Notes: generated by a model from the letters alone, not told the origin. 63,942 nucleotides of DNA, filler included, from Octopus bimaculoides (GCF_001194135.2; 5 parts of 5 records of this genome joined end to end with filler, not necessarily neighbours in it); one strand, 5' to 3'. Positions 25,983-38,127 are shown, counted from the first letter of the whole stretch. Translations and numbers: made by a program.

Positions 25983-26062
25983 CTTCACTTTATAAATGTT
26001 CTGAAATCTTTCATAGCCTTGGATTTTTTTTTATCTCATTCTCTTAATTTTATATATATTTA

Positions 26063-26195
26063 TACATTATTTACATTATCTACATTTGACGGATATTCGT
26101 CCTCATCATGTTTGTTGTTAACACAATATCCGTCAAATGTAGATAATGTAAATAATGTAAATAATTCCTCATCTCTTAAATATAGAACTGTAATA
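26063..26195. mobile_element. Snap-back fragment of the hammerhead-SINE 3' tail (perfect 35-bp inverted repeat)
   Basis: 26063-26097 and 26125-26159 are exact reverse complements; the sequence is homologous to the tails at 38406-38490 and 58230-58255. Confidence 0.8.
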
Positions 26196-26198
26196 TTT

Positions 26199-26236
<38 letters not shown>

Positions 26237-26584
26237 GCATATATATATATATGTAAGTGCTACTGTCTCTCCTTGCCTTCGTTTCATATGATGATTGTAG
26301 AGAAATATTGCCATCATGCAAGTGGTTTCCTTCATTTCTAATCTTCCATGAAAGCATGTCTGGTCTGGGAGAATATTAACTTAGAGGACTGGACATCCAC
26401 CTGCAGAAAATCCAGATCAACAAAATCCCATCAGACCATGCAAACATGGAAAAGTGAAAATTAAACAATGATAGTGACAGTGCTGGTGGTGGTGGTGGAG
26501 ATGATAATGATGATGATGGTGATGGTGATGATAAATGATAGTTTAACTCATATTTCATGCAATAATGATATTCTATTCCATAAA

Positions 26585-26695
26585 TCAGATTGGAGCCTAG
26601 TGTAGCCATCTGGTTCACCAGTCCTCAGTCAAATCGTCCAACCCATGCTAGCATGGAAAGCGGACATTAAACGATGATGATGATGATGATGATTA
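26585..26695 (+). mobile_element. 3' end of an RTE-type retroposon with (GAT)n tail
   Basis: CCAGTCCTCAGTCAAATCGTCCAACCCATGCTAGCATGGAAAGCG..(GAT)n, matching 33930-34010 in reverse. Confidence 0.7.
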
Positions 26696-27949
26696 CATGT
26701 AATAATGATATTTCAGCTTGTATGACAATGATGTCATACGACTGTGATATTTCCTTTCAATGACAATGACATTTCATATGACAAGGATAATTCCTTTCAA
26801 TAGTTCAATTTAAATATCCATACGACAACAAAGCAATGTCCGGGATGTTAATGCTAAAACAGTAAGGTAGAAAATGTGATTTTCTTACTAGGTTACTTTT
26901 AAAATTTCTTTTTGTCTGATGTGCTGATAACTTTTGTCTTCCTGAGGTTTGGTATGGATTTGCAAGTGGGGGTGAAATGTGACCTCGAGCTCCACCACTT
27001 ATTTGTGGCAATCCATTTACAAGAGTTGTTGATGACTTGGCACTGGAAATATAAATTGATGCAGTGGAATCTTAAAGTTTTTTGTTCTCCAAGGTTGTTT
27101 AAACTTAAGTCAACTCTTATCCAACAGACCTATGGTCAAAGACATTCTAGCCATGAACCTACCATCTATTTTTCAGACATAGTGTATCTTGGACTATATT
27201 AACCAGTGTATCTTAACTTTGAGACATGGCATTCAAAAGCCAGCATTGTTAGAATGTTGGATAAAATGTCTGCGGCACTTAGTTACAAAACTCTATGTTC
27301 TTAGTTTTAATATCCTAATAAAGCATTGTAAATATGAATAGCATTATAAAAGAAGACTGACACTAGAACCGTGTGAGTGTGACTGAGGAAGATTTCACTG
27401 CTATGTCTAGCATATTGAGGCTCCCTAATTGTTTCAATTCATTTGGTTTTATTTCTATAATTAAAATAGCTTAGCAGCCATGAATAGATTCCTATCATAT
27501 CATTTGGTATATTTCTATTATTAACACTTTTACTGTGGAAATCAGATTTATCTTCTCAAAATTTAATTACTCTTAACTGCAGAAAGTTTTATACACCAAT
27601 CTAATTTTGTTGAGGAATGTAATGTTTGAAACTATTTTCTGTTGAGATATGTTGAGTTTATTAAGTTAGCATGGCTTGCAGAAAATACTAGTTCTATTTT
27701 TCGGTAGATATTTGATATCATTACTGGAATAACCAAATAGCTTATAAAGAAGACATTTTGTACAGTGGATTGAACTATTGTAATGCAAACTATTTTTACA
27801 GCTTCCTCTATCTTCAGTATCAACATTACCACCACTGTTACCATAACTCAACAAGTGATTGCTCAAACTGATAGAAATAGCAAATAGATCTCTCTAAAAG
27901 CACACTCTACAGTCATAAAAAAGGAAGGACATATGTGATAATGCTGGAT

Positions 27950-29198
27950 ATATGTATAGAAAATTCTGAGCATTTTTTAATATGCAAAAAGGGATATAGA
28001 TAATTGATTTTTCAATAAATTTTATTCAATGAAATAATTTCCATTATTATTAATGACTTTGTCTATCTATCAGACAATTTGAATATTCCATCAGCATAAA
28101 ATTTGACTGGTTTTGAAGAAAGAAAGTTATCTAGATGCATTTTCACTCCATCTAAATCATTAAATGTTTTCCCTTGCAATGAGTTCTGTAGAGACAAAAA
28201 CAAGTGGTAGTCGGATGGTGCAATATCAGGAGAATATGGTGGATGGGGTAAGAGATCGCAGCCAAGTTCATGTAACTTTGTTCGGGTAGCCAAAGACACA
28301 CGTGGTCGGGCATTGTCATGTTGGAACACCAACCCTTTCCTGCTGGCAATCTCCAGCCTCAATTCTTTGATTTTCTGGTTCAAATTAGCCAGCTGATGAC
28401 AGTGCTCATCAGAATTAATGGTCTGATTTTGTGGGAGAAGCTCATCATAAATAATGCCTTTATGATCCCACCAAACACAAAGCATAGCTTTTTTTTGGCA
28501 TGGATATTTGTCTTTGGTTGCTGTTTTGGGGGATCCTTACACAAACTCCAGGATCTTTTTTGCACATTTTTTTTCATACTCAATCCATTTTTCATCCCCA
28601 GTCAAGTTGTTTCAAAAAAAGGCATGCTTTCATTCTGTTTCAAAAGCATATCTCAAACAGAATACCGGTCCGAACAATTTTTTTCTGAAGGTTGTAAGGG
28701 ACCCATACATTATAGCAAGAAATGTATCCTAGCTTCAATAAGTGTTCATGAGCCATACTTTTAGAAACTTCCAACTCCTTTGCAAGTTCTCTAGTCATGA
28801 TATTTGAGTTTTCTATGATTTTTGCCTTCAAAACATCTTCATCCACTTTTGAAGATCTTCAATGGGGACTGTCATCCTGCAAGCTAAACTCTTCAGATTT
28901 AAATTTTGCAAACCACCTTCAAATAGTTGATTCCTCTACAGCATAATCACCATAAACTTTACAAATGTTTTTGCAAGTCTTTGCAGCATTTTCTACTTTT
29001 TTTTTTAAAAAAAAGAAGCAATACAACGCAAATATGAAATTTTGGTTATCCATTTCAATGAAAGATAAATCTATTTTTAGTCAGGAACAAGAAATGCACT
29101 ACCACTTCAAGCAATGCCCAAGTTTTAACTGTGTTACATTTCAGGTGTGTTAAAAGATTTAGCTTAGAAACATTCAGAACTTTCCAGACAACCTAATA
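27950..29198 (-). mobile_element. Near full-length decayed mariner (DD34D) element
   Basis: ATG at 29053; HTH with WVPYNL; WWDHKG..HDNARP..YSPDIAPSDYHLF (34 residues between the D's). 5' TIR TATTAGGTTGTCTGGAAAGTTC at 29198; only a decayed 3' TIR near 27950. Several stops and frameshifts. Confidence 0.9.
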
Positions 29199-29204
29199 CA
29201 TATA

Positions 29205-29620
29205 AGATGCTGTATGGTAAGTAGCTTGCTTACCAACCTCATGGTTTCGGGTTTGGTCCCACTGCATGGCACCTTGGGCAAGTGTCTTCTACTATAGCCT
29301 CAGGCCAACCAAAGGCTTATGAGTGGATTTGGTAGATGGAAACTGAAAGAAGCCCATTGTATGTATATATGTATACATATATATATGTGAATGTGTGTGT
29401 ATATGTCTGTATGTCTGTGTTTGTCCCCCCAACATTGCTTCGCAACCGATGGTGGTGCGTTTACATCCCTGTAAGTTAGCAGTTCAGCAAAAGAGAACGC
29501 TAGAATAAGTACTAGGTTTACAAAGAATAAGTCCTGGAGTCGATTTGCTTGACTAAAGGTGGTGCTCCAGCATGTGCGCAGTCAAATGACTGAAACAAGT
29601 AAAAGACTAAAAGAATAAAT
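29205..29620 (+). mobile_element. SINE family B (full length, CpG-decayed)
   Basis: Head, CORE-like domain, internal microsatellite and (AGTAAAAG)n tail. Confidence 0.85.
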
Positions 29621-29634
29621 GAATATATATATAT

Positions 29635-29669
<35 letters not shown>

Positions 29670-29919
29670 CATATATATGCACCATATTTAAATAAAAGAT
29701 GGTCATGGATGAATATCTTTTCTAGGTCTAACTGATACGTGACTAATTAATAGAGATCATTATCAGAACTACTATAACAGCTAGCGTAAAAAGTACAGTA
29801 ATAACTGCAATAATAGCTACAACAACAACTCAATAAACAACAAACAAAGCAATTTTATAATTTCTTTACCTTCGGCAATGTTTGTCTCCTAGACGGCGTT
29901 CAGCAGCTGTTAATAACAG

Positions 29920-29921
29920 TA

Positions 29922-29952
<31 letters not shown>

Positions 29953-30200
29953 ATTCTTTATTGACCACAAAGGGTTTACATCAAGAAAATCATTATGGAT
30001 GGCACAGGACAAAACATTGAAATTGTGTGAGTGTATGTTGTGAGGGTTTAATGAAAAAAACAAAGCAATAACATTTTAACAGTGTGTAATTTTCAATAGG
30101 GAGGAAACATTTGAGGGATGCTTATAGAAAACCCTCATAAAATCACAGCTGTCCAAACTTTTGGGGCAGGTGCCTCTTTTCAGTTCCATATTTCCAATTT
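29920..30200 (-). mobile_element. Probable LINE 3' end with (TTA)n tail
   Basis: Minus strand ends CCCTTTGTGGTCAATAAAGAATTC(ATT)n; this terminal motif is shared with SINE family A tails. Confidence 0.45.
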
Positions 30201-31788
30201 ACAAGCATATGCTCAAGGCAGGAACATATTTTATCGACCTCAAAAGATCGAAAGGCAAGGTCAACCTTGGCGGAATTTGAACTCAAAACGTGAAGATGGA
30301 CGAAATGTTACTAGGCATTCCGCCTTAAAGATCATAATTTTTTTTTTGTTTTTTGTTTTGAATTTTAGATATTAGAAAAGTCAAGGGTTAATTACTATTG
30401 GGATGAGCTCAAGGTATTATCACTTGTGTTTTACCCAAATTTACTCTGACGGTAGGCCTGCTGAATTAAGATGTAGTGTTGTTAATAACATAACCAAAAC
30501 AAGAACCAAGATTAAGAAGCAAAATAAATTACGATTATTCCCCTTAGTTATCTGGAGTCGCCTCCCTTGAAAAAGCAATTTTTAAAAAAATGCAAAGTTC
30601 GCAATAAATTGAAGATAACAATAAAGGGATACACAATATGCATGTGTATGCATGCGTGTGTGGGTGTGTGTGCACTTTATAAGGAGGCGAAAGAGGCGAT
30701 TGCCTCGGGCCTCTCTCGATATTTCCCCCTCCCCATATGCTACGAAATGCATAGAGTTCTCAAGGCGGCCCATACCTCCCAGCAATCTTGCATGAAGAGG
30801 CTTTCTTTCAACGTACAAATATACCATGACTTTTTTTTTTTAAATGTGATGGATTCTCTTTTATGATAAATAACCAGAGATTTAGCAAACACTAGATTTG
30901 TGAATTAAAAAACAGTTTGCTACCGAGTCCTAAAAGTAATTACAACCCTCAGATATTGTAGCTGCTTTTGGGATGATGACAGAGAAAAGAAAAACAACAA
31001 AACACTCCTGAAAAATTATAATTGCTGCATGTTTGTACGTAAGTATGTATGTATGTGTAAATGTGTGTGTTTGTGTGTGTAAATACGAATGTCTATAAAG
31101 CCAGAGATTTGTAGTTGCTTTTGATCCAACAGAGAAAAGCAAAACAATAAGACACTCCTGGAAAATTATCATGTATGTATGTATGCATGCATGTATATGT
31201 GTGTGCGCACGTGTGTGTATGTATGTATGTATAAGTATGTGTGACTATAAATGTTATATAAAGATAGAGATAAAGCTTGTCATTAATTCTTTCTGTCAAT
31301 GCATGATTGTGCAATGACCTGGGATTGACCACTTGCAATAAAAGACACACACACGCACATTGCCACTTCTAAACTTCATTATTTCAGTGAGGCATTGAAA
31401 ACTTTGGTCTAATTTTACAATAGAACAAGTAAGTAAGAAATATGTCCCAAAATATAAATATTGAATTTAATTTTAATTATAAAATCACATCTCTCAACTG
31501 CTAAAAACATTTTGTTTTTCAGCTTTTGAATCATGGCATTTATGTTCAAATGATTTTCATTGAATTGAACCCGTTTCTTTCTCTTTTTCTGTATTTTTCA
31601 TCATTTTGTCAAACACTTGAAATTAATATAGGAATGGGGTAAAACATTTTTTCTCTTCCTGTTTGAAATCATTACATTTGTACTGTTGGATTATTTTTGA
31701 CAGTAAAAATTGGTCAGCATAGTTGCTGTTGTCAGGAGGAAGTTCAGAGAACTGCTACTTCTGTTGGCAGCAAAAGGACTCTTTCAGA

Positions 31789-32210
31789 GTGAAAGGTAGG
31801 TTGTATGATGCTAGTGTGGGAACAGCTATGCTACATGGTAGTGAGACATGGGCTCTGATGCAGAGGACATATATAGGCTGAAGAGGAATGACGGTAACAT
31901 GCTCTGTTGGATTTGCAACATCAGTGTGCATGACCGACAAAGCATAACTGTGTTGAGAGAAAAGTTAGGCATAAGAGGGATTAAATGTGGTATGTAGGAG
32001 AGGAGACTGCGTTGGTTTGGACATGTGATGCGTATGAGTGAAGACAGCTGTATACAGAAGTGCCTTGTCTTCCTGACGCAGGAAGACATGGGATGAAGTG
32101 GTGGAGACTGATCTTAGGATGTCGGAGCTCACGGAGGAAATGACAGTCGACCGAGATATTTGGCGATATGAGGTCCTACGGAAGACCCGTCCACGAAACT
32201 ACTGCTAGAA
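31789..32210 (+). mobile_element. RTE-clade LINE C-terminal fragment
   Basis: VKGRLYDASVGTAMLHGSETWAL..RLKRNDGNMLCWICNISVHDRQSITVLREKLGIRGIKCG..ERRLRWFGHVMRMSED. Confidence 0.85.
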
Positions 32211-32267
32211 GAGTTGTGTCCCCTGACAACACACTTTTCACTCGTTCTACACTAAGAAATCAAACTA

Positions 32268-32649
32268 CAGGGTATCCACAAAGTCTGGGTACATGGGGAT
32301 TAACACATACTTTAAGAAATTATTATTTCTTATATTTAATTGTTTATGTTATGATTTTATTTACTCCATGTACCCACATGGGGATTAGCACGTACTTTAA
32401 GAAATTATTATTTCTTATATTTAATTGTTTATGTTATGATTTTATTTACTCCATGTACCCACATGGGGATTAACACATACTTTAAGAAATTATTATTTCT
32501 TATATTAAATTGTTTATGTTATGATTTTATTTACTCCATGTACCCACATGGGGATTAACACATGCTTTCAGAAATTATTATTTCTTATATTTAATTGTTT
32601 ATGTTATGATTTTATTTACTTCATGTACTCAGACCTTGTGGACACCCTG
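32268..32649. mobile_element. Tc1/mariner-type MITE containing four 85-bp tandem repeats
   Basis: TA TSDs at 32266-67 and 32650-51; 28-bp TIRs, 25/28 identical; repeat units start at 32291, 32376, 32461 and 32546. Confidence 0.85.
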
Positions 32650-33239
32650 TACAACTCCTCTACTAATTGCATCTTTCTCTTCCTAACATTTTTTCCTCAT
32701 ACATTACGATTGTTTTCCAATCCCCTTTTTTGCTCTCACTGCCGTGTTGTATCACTGTATCACTGCAAAACTCCACCCCACTCCCTATTTTACTGACCAG
32801 GTTCTACACTCATATTCTTGTTACTTGTGAGGACACTCTAGCACTACACCATCTCTCTTCTACTCACTCTTACACTTTCGCTGTTTCCTATTCTCTTTCT
32901 CTCTCTCTTCCTTTGGTCACTCTTTCTTTCCTTCTCTTGTTTTTCCTCTGACTAGGTAACCAAGTATCACCTTTACATCAGCACATTTGTTTCTGGCCTC
33001 TTTCTGTACCCTTCTCTCTCTCCCTATCACTGTACATCCTCTATACCAAGACACCTATTTCTGCCTCTCTATTTCTCTGTCACACTAACTTTTCATTTCC
33101 TACTGGATCACCTCCTCTAATGCCCACCTCTGTTGTGGCAAGACACTTGCTTCTGTCTCTCTGTCACACTCTTTCATCCTCTGACACAAATGCCCTGCCC
33201 CTCTCACAATTCCTTGTCTTGTGCGTTACTTGGTTACCC

Positions 33240-33540
33240 TGCCAGTACTGGTGCCACTTAAAAAGCATACAGTCCACACTGCAACATGGTTGGCTTCTGG
33301 AAGGGCATCCAGCTGTAAAAATCTTGCCAAAACTAACTTCACCTGTACTAGTGCCACGTAAAAAGCACTGAGTTCACTCTGCAGAATGCTTGGTGTTAGG
33401 AAGGACATCCAACCATAAAATCTCTGCTAAAATAGACACACTAGCCTTGGGTAGATTTTCTACCTGGCTGGCTCCTGTCAACCGTTCTACTCATGCATGC
33501 ATAGAAGATGGACATTAAACAATGATGATGATGATGAAGA
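33240..33540 (+). mobile_element. RTE-associated retroposon with (GAT)n tail
   Basis: Two GGTGCCAC(T/G)TAAAAAGCA..GGAAGG(G/A)CATCCA blocks, then a (GAT)n tail. Confidence 0.6.
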
Positions 33541-33929
33541 GATAGGTACTTTTTTTTCAAGAACTCTTTCCTCGACTTTGACCCAATTGGAATCAAGGTT
33601 GATAATAAAATATCTGGATAATATTTGGTGCTTAACAATCAATATGCTTTGTCTCTGTTGGATTCCATATCAATTTTTTCACACACTATTGTATAATTTG
33701 ATAAGTTTCAATTTTTAAAAAGAACTATGTCTAAATTGAGGTGAAATGAGTATCATCTAATTTCAATAATTTCTTCTCTTTAATTGCATGGTGTGTAAAT
33801 ATATGAAGAGAGCCACTCTAGCAGATCATGAAAAAGCTACAGAGAATATTTTATGCTGAGTTTTTAGGGTTTAGTCCAGTTTCATTAAATATATATCATG
33901 TGCCATTTTTCCATGATCCTCTTTTATTT

Positions 33930-34240
33930 CATCATCATCATCGTCGTCGTTTAACGTTCGCTTTCCATGCTAGCATGGGTTGGACGATTTGACTGAGGAC
34001 TGGTGGTCCAGGAGGCAACACCAGGCTCCAAACTGATTTGGCAGAGTTTCTACAGCTGGATGCCCTTCCCAACGCCAACCACTCCGAGAGTGTAGTGGGT
34101 GCTTTTACGTGCCACCAGCACGAGGGCCAGTCAGGCGGTACTGGCGACGGCCACGCTTGAAATGGTGTATTTTACGTGCCACCTGCACAGGAGCCAGTCC
34201 ATCGGCACTGGCAATGATCTCGCTCGAATGTCTTTTCATG
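33930..34240 (-). mobile_element. RTE-associated retroposon with (GAT)n tail
   Basis: Reverse complement of the same family; tail at 33930-33950. Confidence 0.7.
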
Positions 34241-35281
34241 TGTGAGGGAGGCAATGCTTTTTAAATTTTGATATCTAAGGTTGGATATTGACGTCTAAGA
34301 TGTCTAAGGTTGGACGTGTAAGGATGGAAATTTCAAATTTAATTCAGGAGAAATAAAGAAACAAATTTATCTTGTTTTACTCATTTTGCCCCATTTAAAT
34401 TTGTTATTTATGTGCTCAAAGACAACAGATATAATTTGCTGAAATAATGTCCTGAATAAGTTATATCGTTATTAATGCATTTAGAGAAGGTCATTTGTTT
34501 AGCTGATATAATGTTTGTAAGGCAGTTAACATTTGTAAAAAATATATCCTTTATCAAAATCAAAAATGCAATAAATCTTACTCATTGTGCCCCACCACAT
34601 TTACTGGAAACTGGAAAAGTGAACTTTTGGAATAAGTCAGAATTTCTCTGCTTTTGTTGGGATTTTTTTTCTTTTTTTTTGTTGTTGTAATCATGCTTTG
34701 CAAAACAATGAAGAGAAACCTTTTTAAAACAAAAATTTTTTAAATCCATGTCATTTAAATGTTTGCCCCTCACCACCACCACCAACACATACACTCATTG
34801 TGCTTTTGGAACAGCAACAAACACTAGAATGATATTTTCTCTTTTTTGTAATTTTCTGACATTTTATCCTATTCCACATTCTGCTTTAACTACCCCATAT
34901 AGCCTCATAACTAATTCGATTTGGAATTTTCAGAAAATTTGGTGAATTTGTGTTCTCCACATAGAAATTCATATGTTTATGAAAAAATTTTTTTTTAATT
35001 TTTTTATTTACCTCCTCCCATTATAAATCGTAAAATTTCCATTCTTTCACAAAATCTTTTGTTTTTAGTCAGAGTTAAAAAAACAGACAGTTCGAATCTG
35101 CCATTTGTTTCTGATTATAATTTCAAAAAAATTCTTGTAATTCTTTGAAATGCAAATTCACAAAGCTAAAAATATTTCCACATACGCACGACCTATAATG
35201 GATTGTGGAACAAAGCATACCATGTAACCGGTCATAACCGTTTTACCTTTTTGATATTTTCAGTTCTTTTTTTTTTTTTTA

Positions 35282-35500
35282 AGGCAGCAAAGCTGGCAGA
35301 AATGTTAGCACATCAAGTGAAATGCTTAGCAGTATTTTGTCTGTCTTTACATTCTCAGTTCAAACTCCACTGAGGTCGACTTTGCTTTTCATCCTTTCGG
35401 GGTCGATAAATTAAGTACCAGGTGCATACTGGGGTTGATCTAATTGACTGGCTCCCTCCCCAAAAGTTTCAGGTCCTGTGCCCAAAGTAGAAAAGGAGAT
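35282..35500 (+). mobile_element. SINE family A (CpG-decayed)
   Basis: Family core with CG>TG/CA changes. Confidence 0.8.
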
Positions 35501-35724
35501 TTTCAGAAACTTTTTGCCAATTTGTGTTCTACACACTGGACCACTTATGATTATGCAAAATATATTTTTTCCATTCAAATTCACCATCCCACCTTCATAA
35601 ATTCTTATGGATGCTCAAATTAGACTTAACCTGAATCCATCACACACATATTGGAAAACTTGAGGACATACCGATACACACACAGTCGTTTTCAGTTTTA
35701 ATATGTAAGATAATAATAATAACC

Positions 35725-35935
35725 CTTTCTACTGGAGACACAAGGCCTCAAATTTGTGGGGAGGGGACTAGTCGATTACATCCACCCTAGTGTTTCACTG
35801 GTAGTTAATTTATCAACCCTGAAAGGATGAAAGGCAAAGTTGACTTTGGTGGAATTTGAACTCAGAACATAGCAACAGACGAAGTATAGCTAAGCGTTTC
35901 ATCCATCATGCTAACGATTCTACCAGCATGCTGCT

Positions 35936-35940
<5 letters not shown>
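35725..35940 (-). mobile_element. SINE family A (decayed)
   Basis: Reverse complement of the family core. Confidence 0.75.
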
Positions 35941-35980
<40 letters not shown>

Positions 35981-36535
35981 TTGAGAAGAAGAAAAAGAAT
36001 TTCTACTGTAGGCACAGGGGTCTGCAATTCAAGGGAAGGGCAGTTAGTTGATTACTTAGACTTCAGTGCTTAACTGGTGTCTATTTTATAGACCCCAAAG
36101 CAGACGAAAGGTAAAGTCAACTTCTGCAGAATTTAATTTCAGGACATAAGTGTCACTAAGCACTTTGTGCGACATGCTGATGGTTTTGCCAACTCACCAT
36201 CCTAAATGATGGACTCTCTCATCGAAGACAATGTATGAGTGTTCAGCTTTTTCTTAAAACAACTTGCACAAATGGTTCTGTTTATAGTAATCAAATATTC
36301 CTCACATTAGCTCACTTTCTCCGTCAAATCCACGTTGTCTCAACAGGTACATTGTGTACCAAGCATCAGATGGCGAAGTGACCATAGAGCAACATGAGAT
36401 GAAGTGTTTTTCTCAAGAACACAATGCGCCACCAGGTCTAGGAATTGAAAATCATGATTGCTAGATCATGAGTGCAACACCCTAATCACTTAGCCATGTG
36501 ACCCCACTGTCCTACATAATAATAATGATAACAGC

Positions 36536-36566
<31 letters not shown>

Positions 36567-36569
<3 letters not shown>

Positions 36570-36890
36570 GAGAAACTTTCAAAATACAAAGACCTGGAAA
36601 TAGAGGTAACTCCAATGTGGAATCTAAAAACAGAAACAATTCCTATCATAGTAGGTGCCTTAGGTATAATAAAAAAATATTCAGACAAATACATAACAAA
36701 AACACCAGGACTTACAAATATATATAACATACAGAAAATTGCACTACTGGGCACTGCACACATCCTATGCAAAACACTTTCAATACAGTAACCATAAGAG
36801 CGTCACAGCAAACCACAGCACGTACCCAAGGTGCACAGAGCTGCGCTCGGTAGTGACGTGAAAGCAAGTTATAAAAATAAAACTACTGAA
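36567..36890 (+). mobile_element. R4/Dong-clade LINE 3' end embedded in (AAT)n
   Basis: EKLSKYKDLEIEVTPMWNLKTETIPIIVGALGIIKK..IQKIALLGTAHILCKTL* (REL-endonuclease C-terminus), flanked by (ATA)n on both sides. Confidence 0.8.
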
Positions 36891-37459
36891 CAATAATAAT
36901 AATAATGATGATGGTTTCAAATTGTGGCACAAGGCCAGCAATTTTGAGGGAGGGGCTAAGTCAATTACACTAACCCCAGTGCTCAACTGGTACTTATTTT
37001 ATTGACCCTAAAATCGACCCTGGCAGCATTTGAACACAAATGTAACGACAGATGAAATGCCCAGCATGTTTATGGTTCTGCTGGCTCACTGCCTTAATGA
37101 TGATAATAATGGTAACAACAACAACAACAACAATAATGATAATGATATTAGTCATAATAATTACAATAACAACTCCAACACCAATTGTAAAATTATATCA
37201 AAAAAGCAAAATATAGAAAGGAAAAATCTTAACCACTTGATAAAGATGCTTTAGTTAGTTTCGGGTACTTGGAAAATTTGAGGTGGTAATAATTCTCAAA
37301 GTCCATCAGGATAGTTTCTAAATCAATATTGTCACATGTCTCATAGCGGTTCACATCAATGTTGGTCTCTTTAGTCAAGCAATCAGCTGATTCTCGATAG
37401 CTGTGGAGAAAATGTAAACATAGTGAGTAAAATGTCCTATTAATTTGTTGCAGTCACTA

Positions 37460-37492
<33 letters not shown>

Positions 37493-37497
37493 CATTA

Positions 37498-38056
37498 GTG
37501 AGTGAGAGAGTAGTGCATGCCATCAAAGTGACACTAAGGTACAAATATAAGAAGCCCAATATACCCATCATGAGTACCTTTCTGATAAGGGTATACCAGG
37601 CACATGCATCACAACTGTATGTGCAAATCATGAGGATCTCACATCAAGATAAACAGCACATGACCTTTCAGACGGGGCCTGGTTAGAATTTTCTTCAGGT
37701 TGAGTAGCCCATTCTACTCAAAAGGCGTCTGAATAAGGGTTGTTTAATGATGACGAAAATGAAATACCCATGTTTCCAGAGATGAATTATTCAAAACCCC
37801 CAAAATTCCTTTCAACACATGGCTATGATGCTCCCCCACTACTTCTGCTCATGATCAGAAATGTGCATATCGTCAACCGCTAAGGGATATGCTCAAGAGG
37901 TTAAGGTCAAACAACTGACAAGGAAATCTCTGGCATTGAGCAGAATATTTGCTGTGGCCCATCTTTTTATACCAAGACAAAACATGTGCATGATAACATT
38001 TCCAATCAGTTAAGATCAAAAGCCATAAATGCCACTGCATGGTACTGCATCAGGGC

Positions 38057-38058
<2 letters not shown>
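37498..38058. repeat. Unclassified ~560-bp insert bracketed by (TTA)n tracts
   Basis: Relatively GC-rich block with (TTA)n immediately on both sides; no coding homology recognised. Confidence 0.35.

Positions 38059-38127
<69 letters not shown>

Larger units (their letters stand above)
25385..26050. mobile_element. ~660-bp imperfect fold-back of two head-to-head Penelope-like terminal-repeat (pLTR) copies
   Basis: Arms ~25385-25725 and ~25735-26050 are reverse complements (visible also as paralogous ORFs 25429+ and 25988-); each arm carries a hammerhead motif. Confidence 0.8.

Noticed and set aside
25429-25988. Two paralogous small ORFs (93 aa + and 77 aa -) suggesting a duplicated gene
   Set aside because: They are the antisense frames of the two fold-back arms; no splice or homology support.
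32291-32627. Regular 85-bp repeats as a possible CRISPR-like array
   Set aside because: The units are contiguous with no unique spacers and lie inside TIRs with a TA duplication, in eukaryotic DNA.
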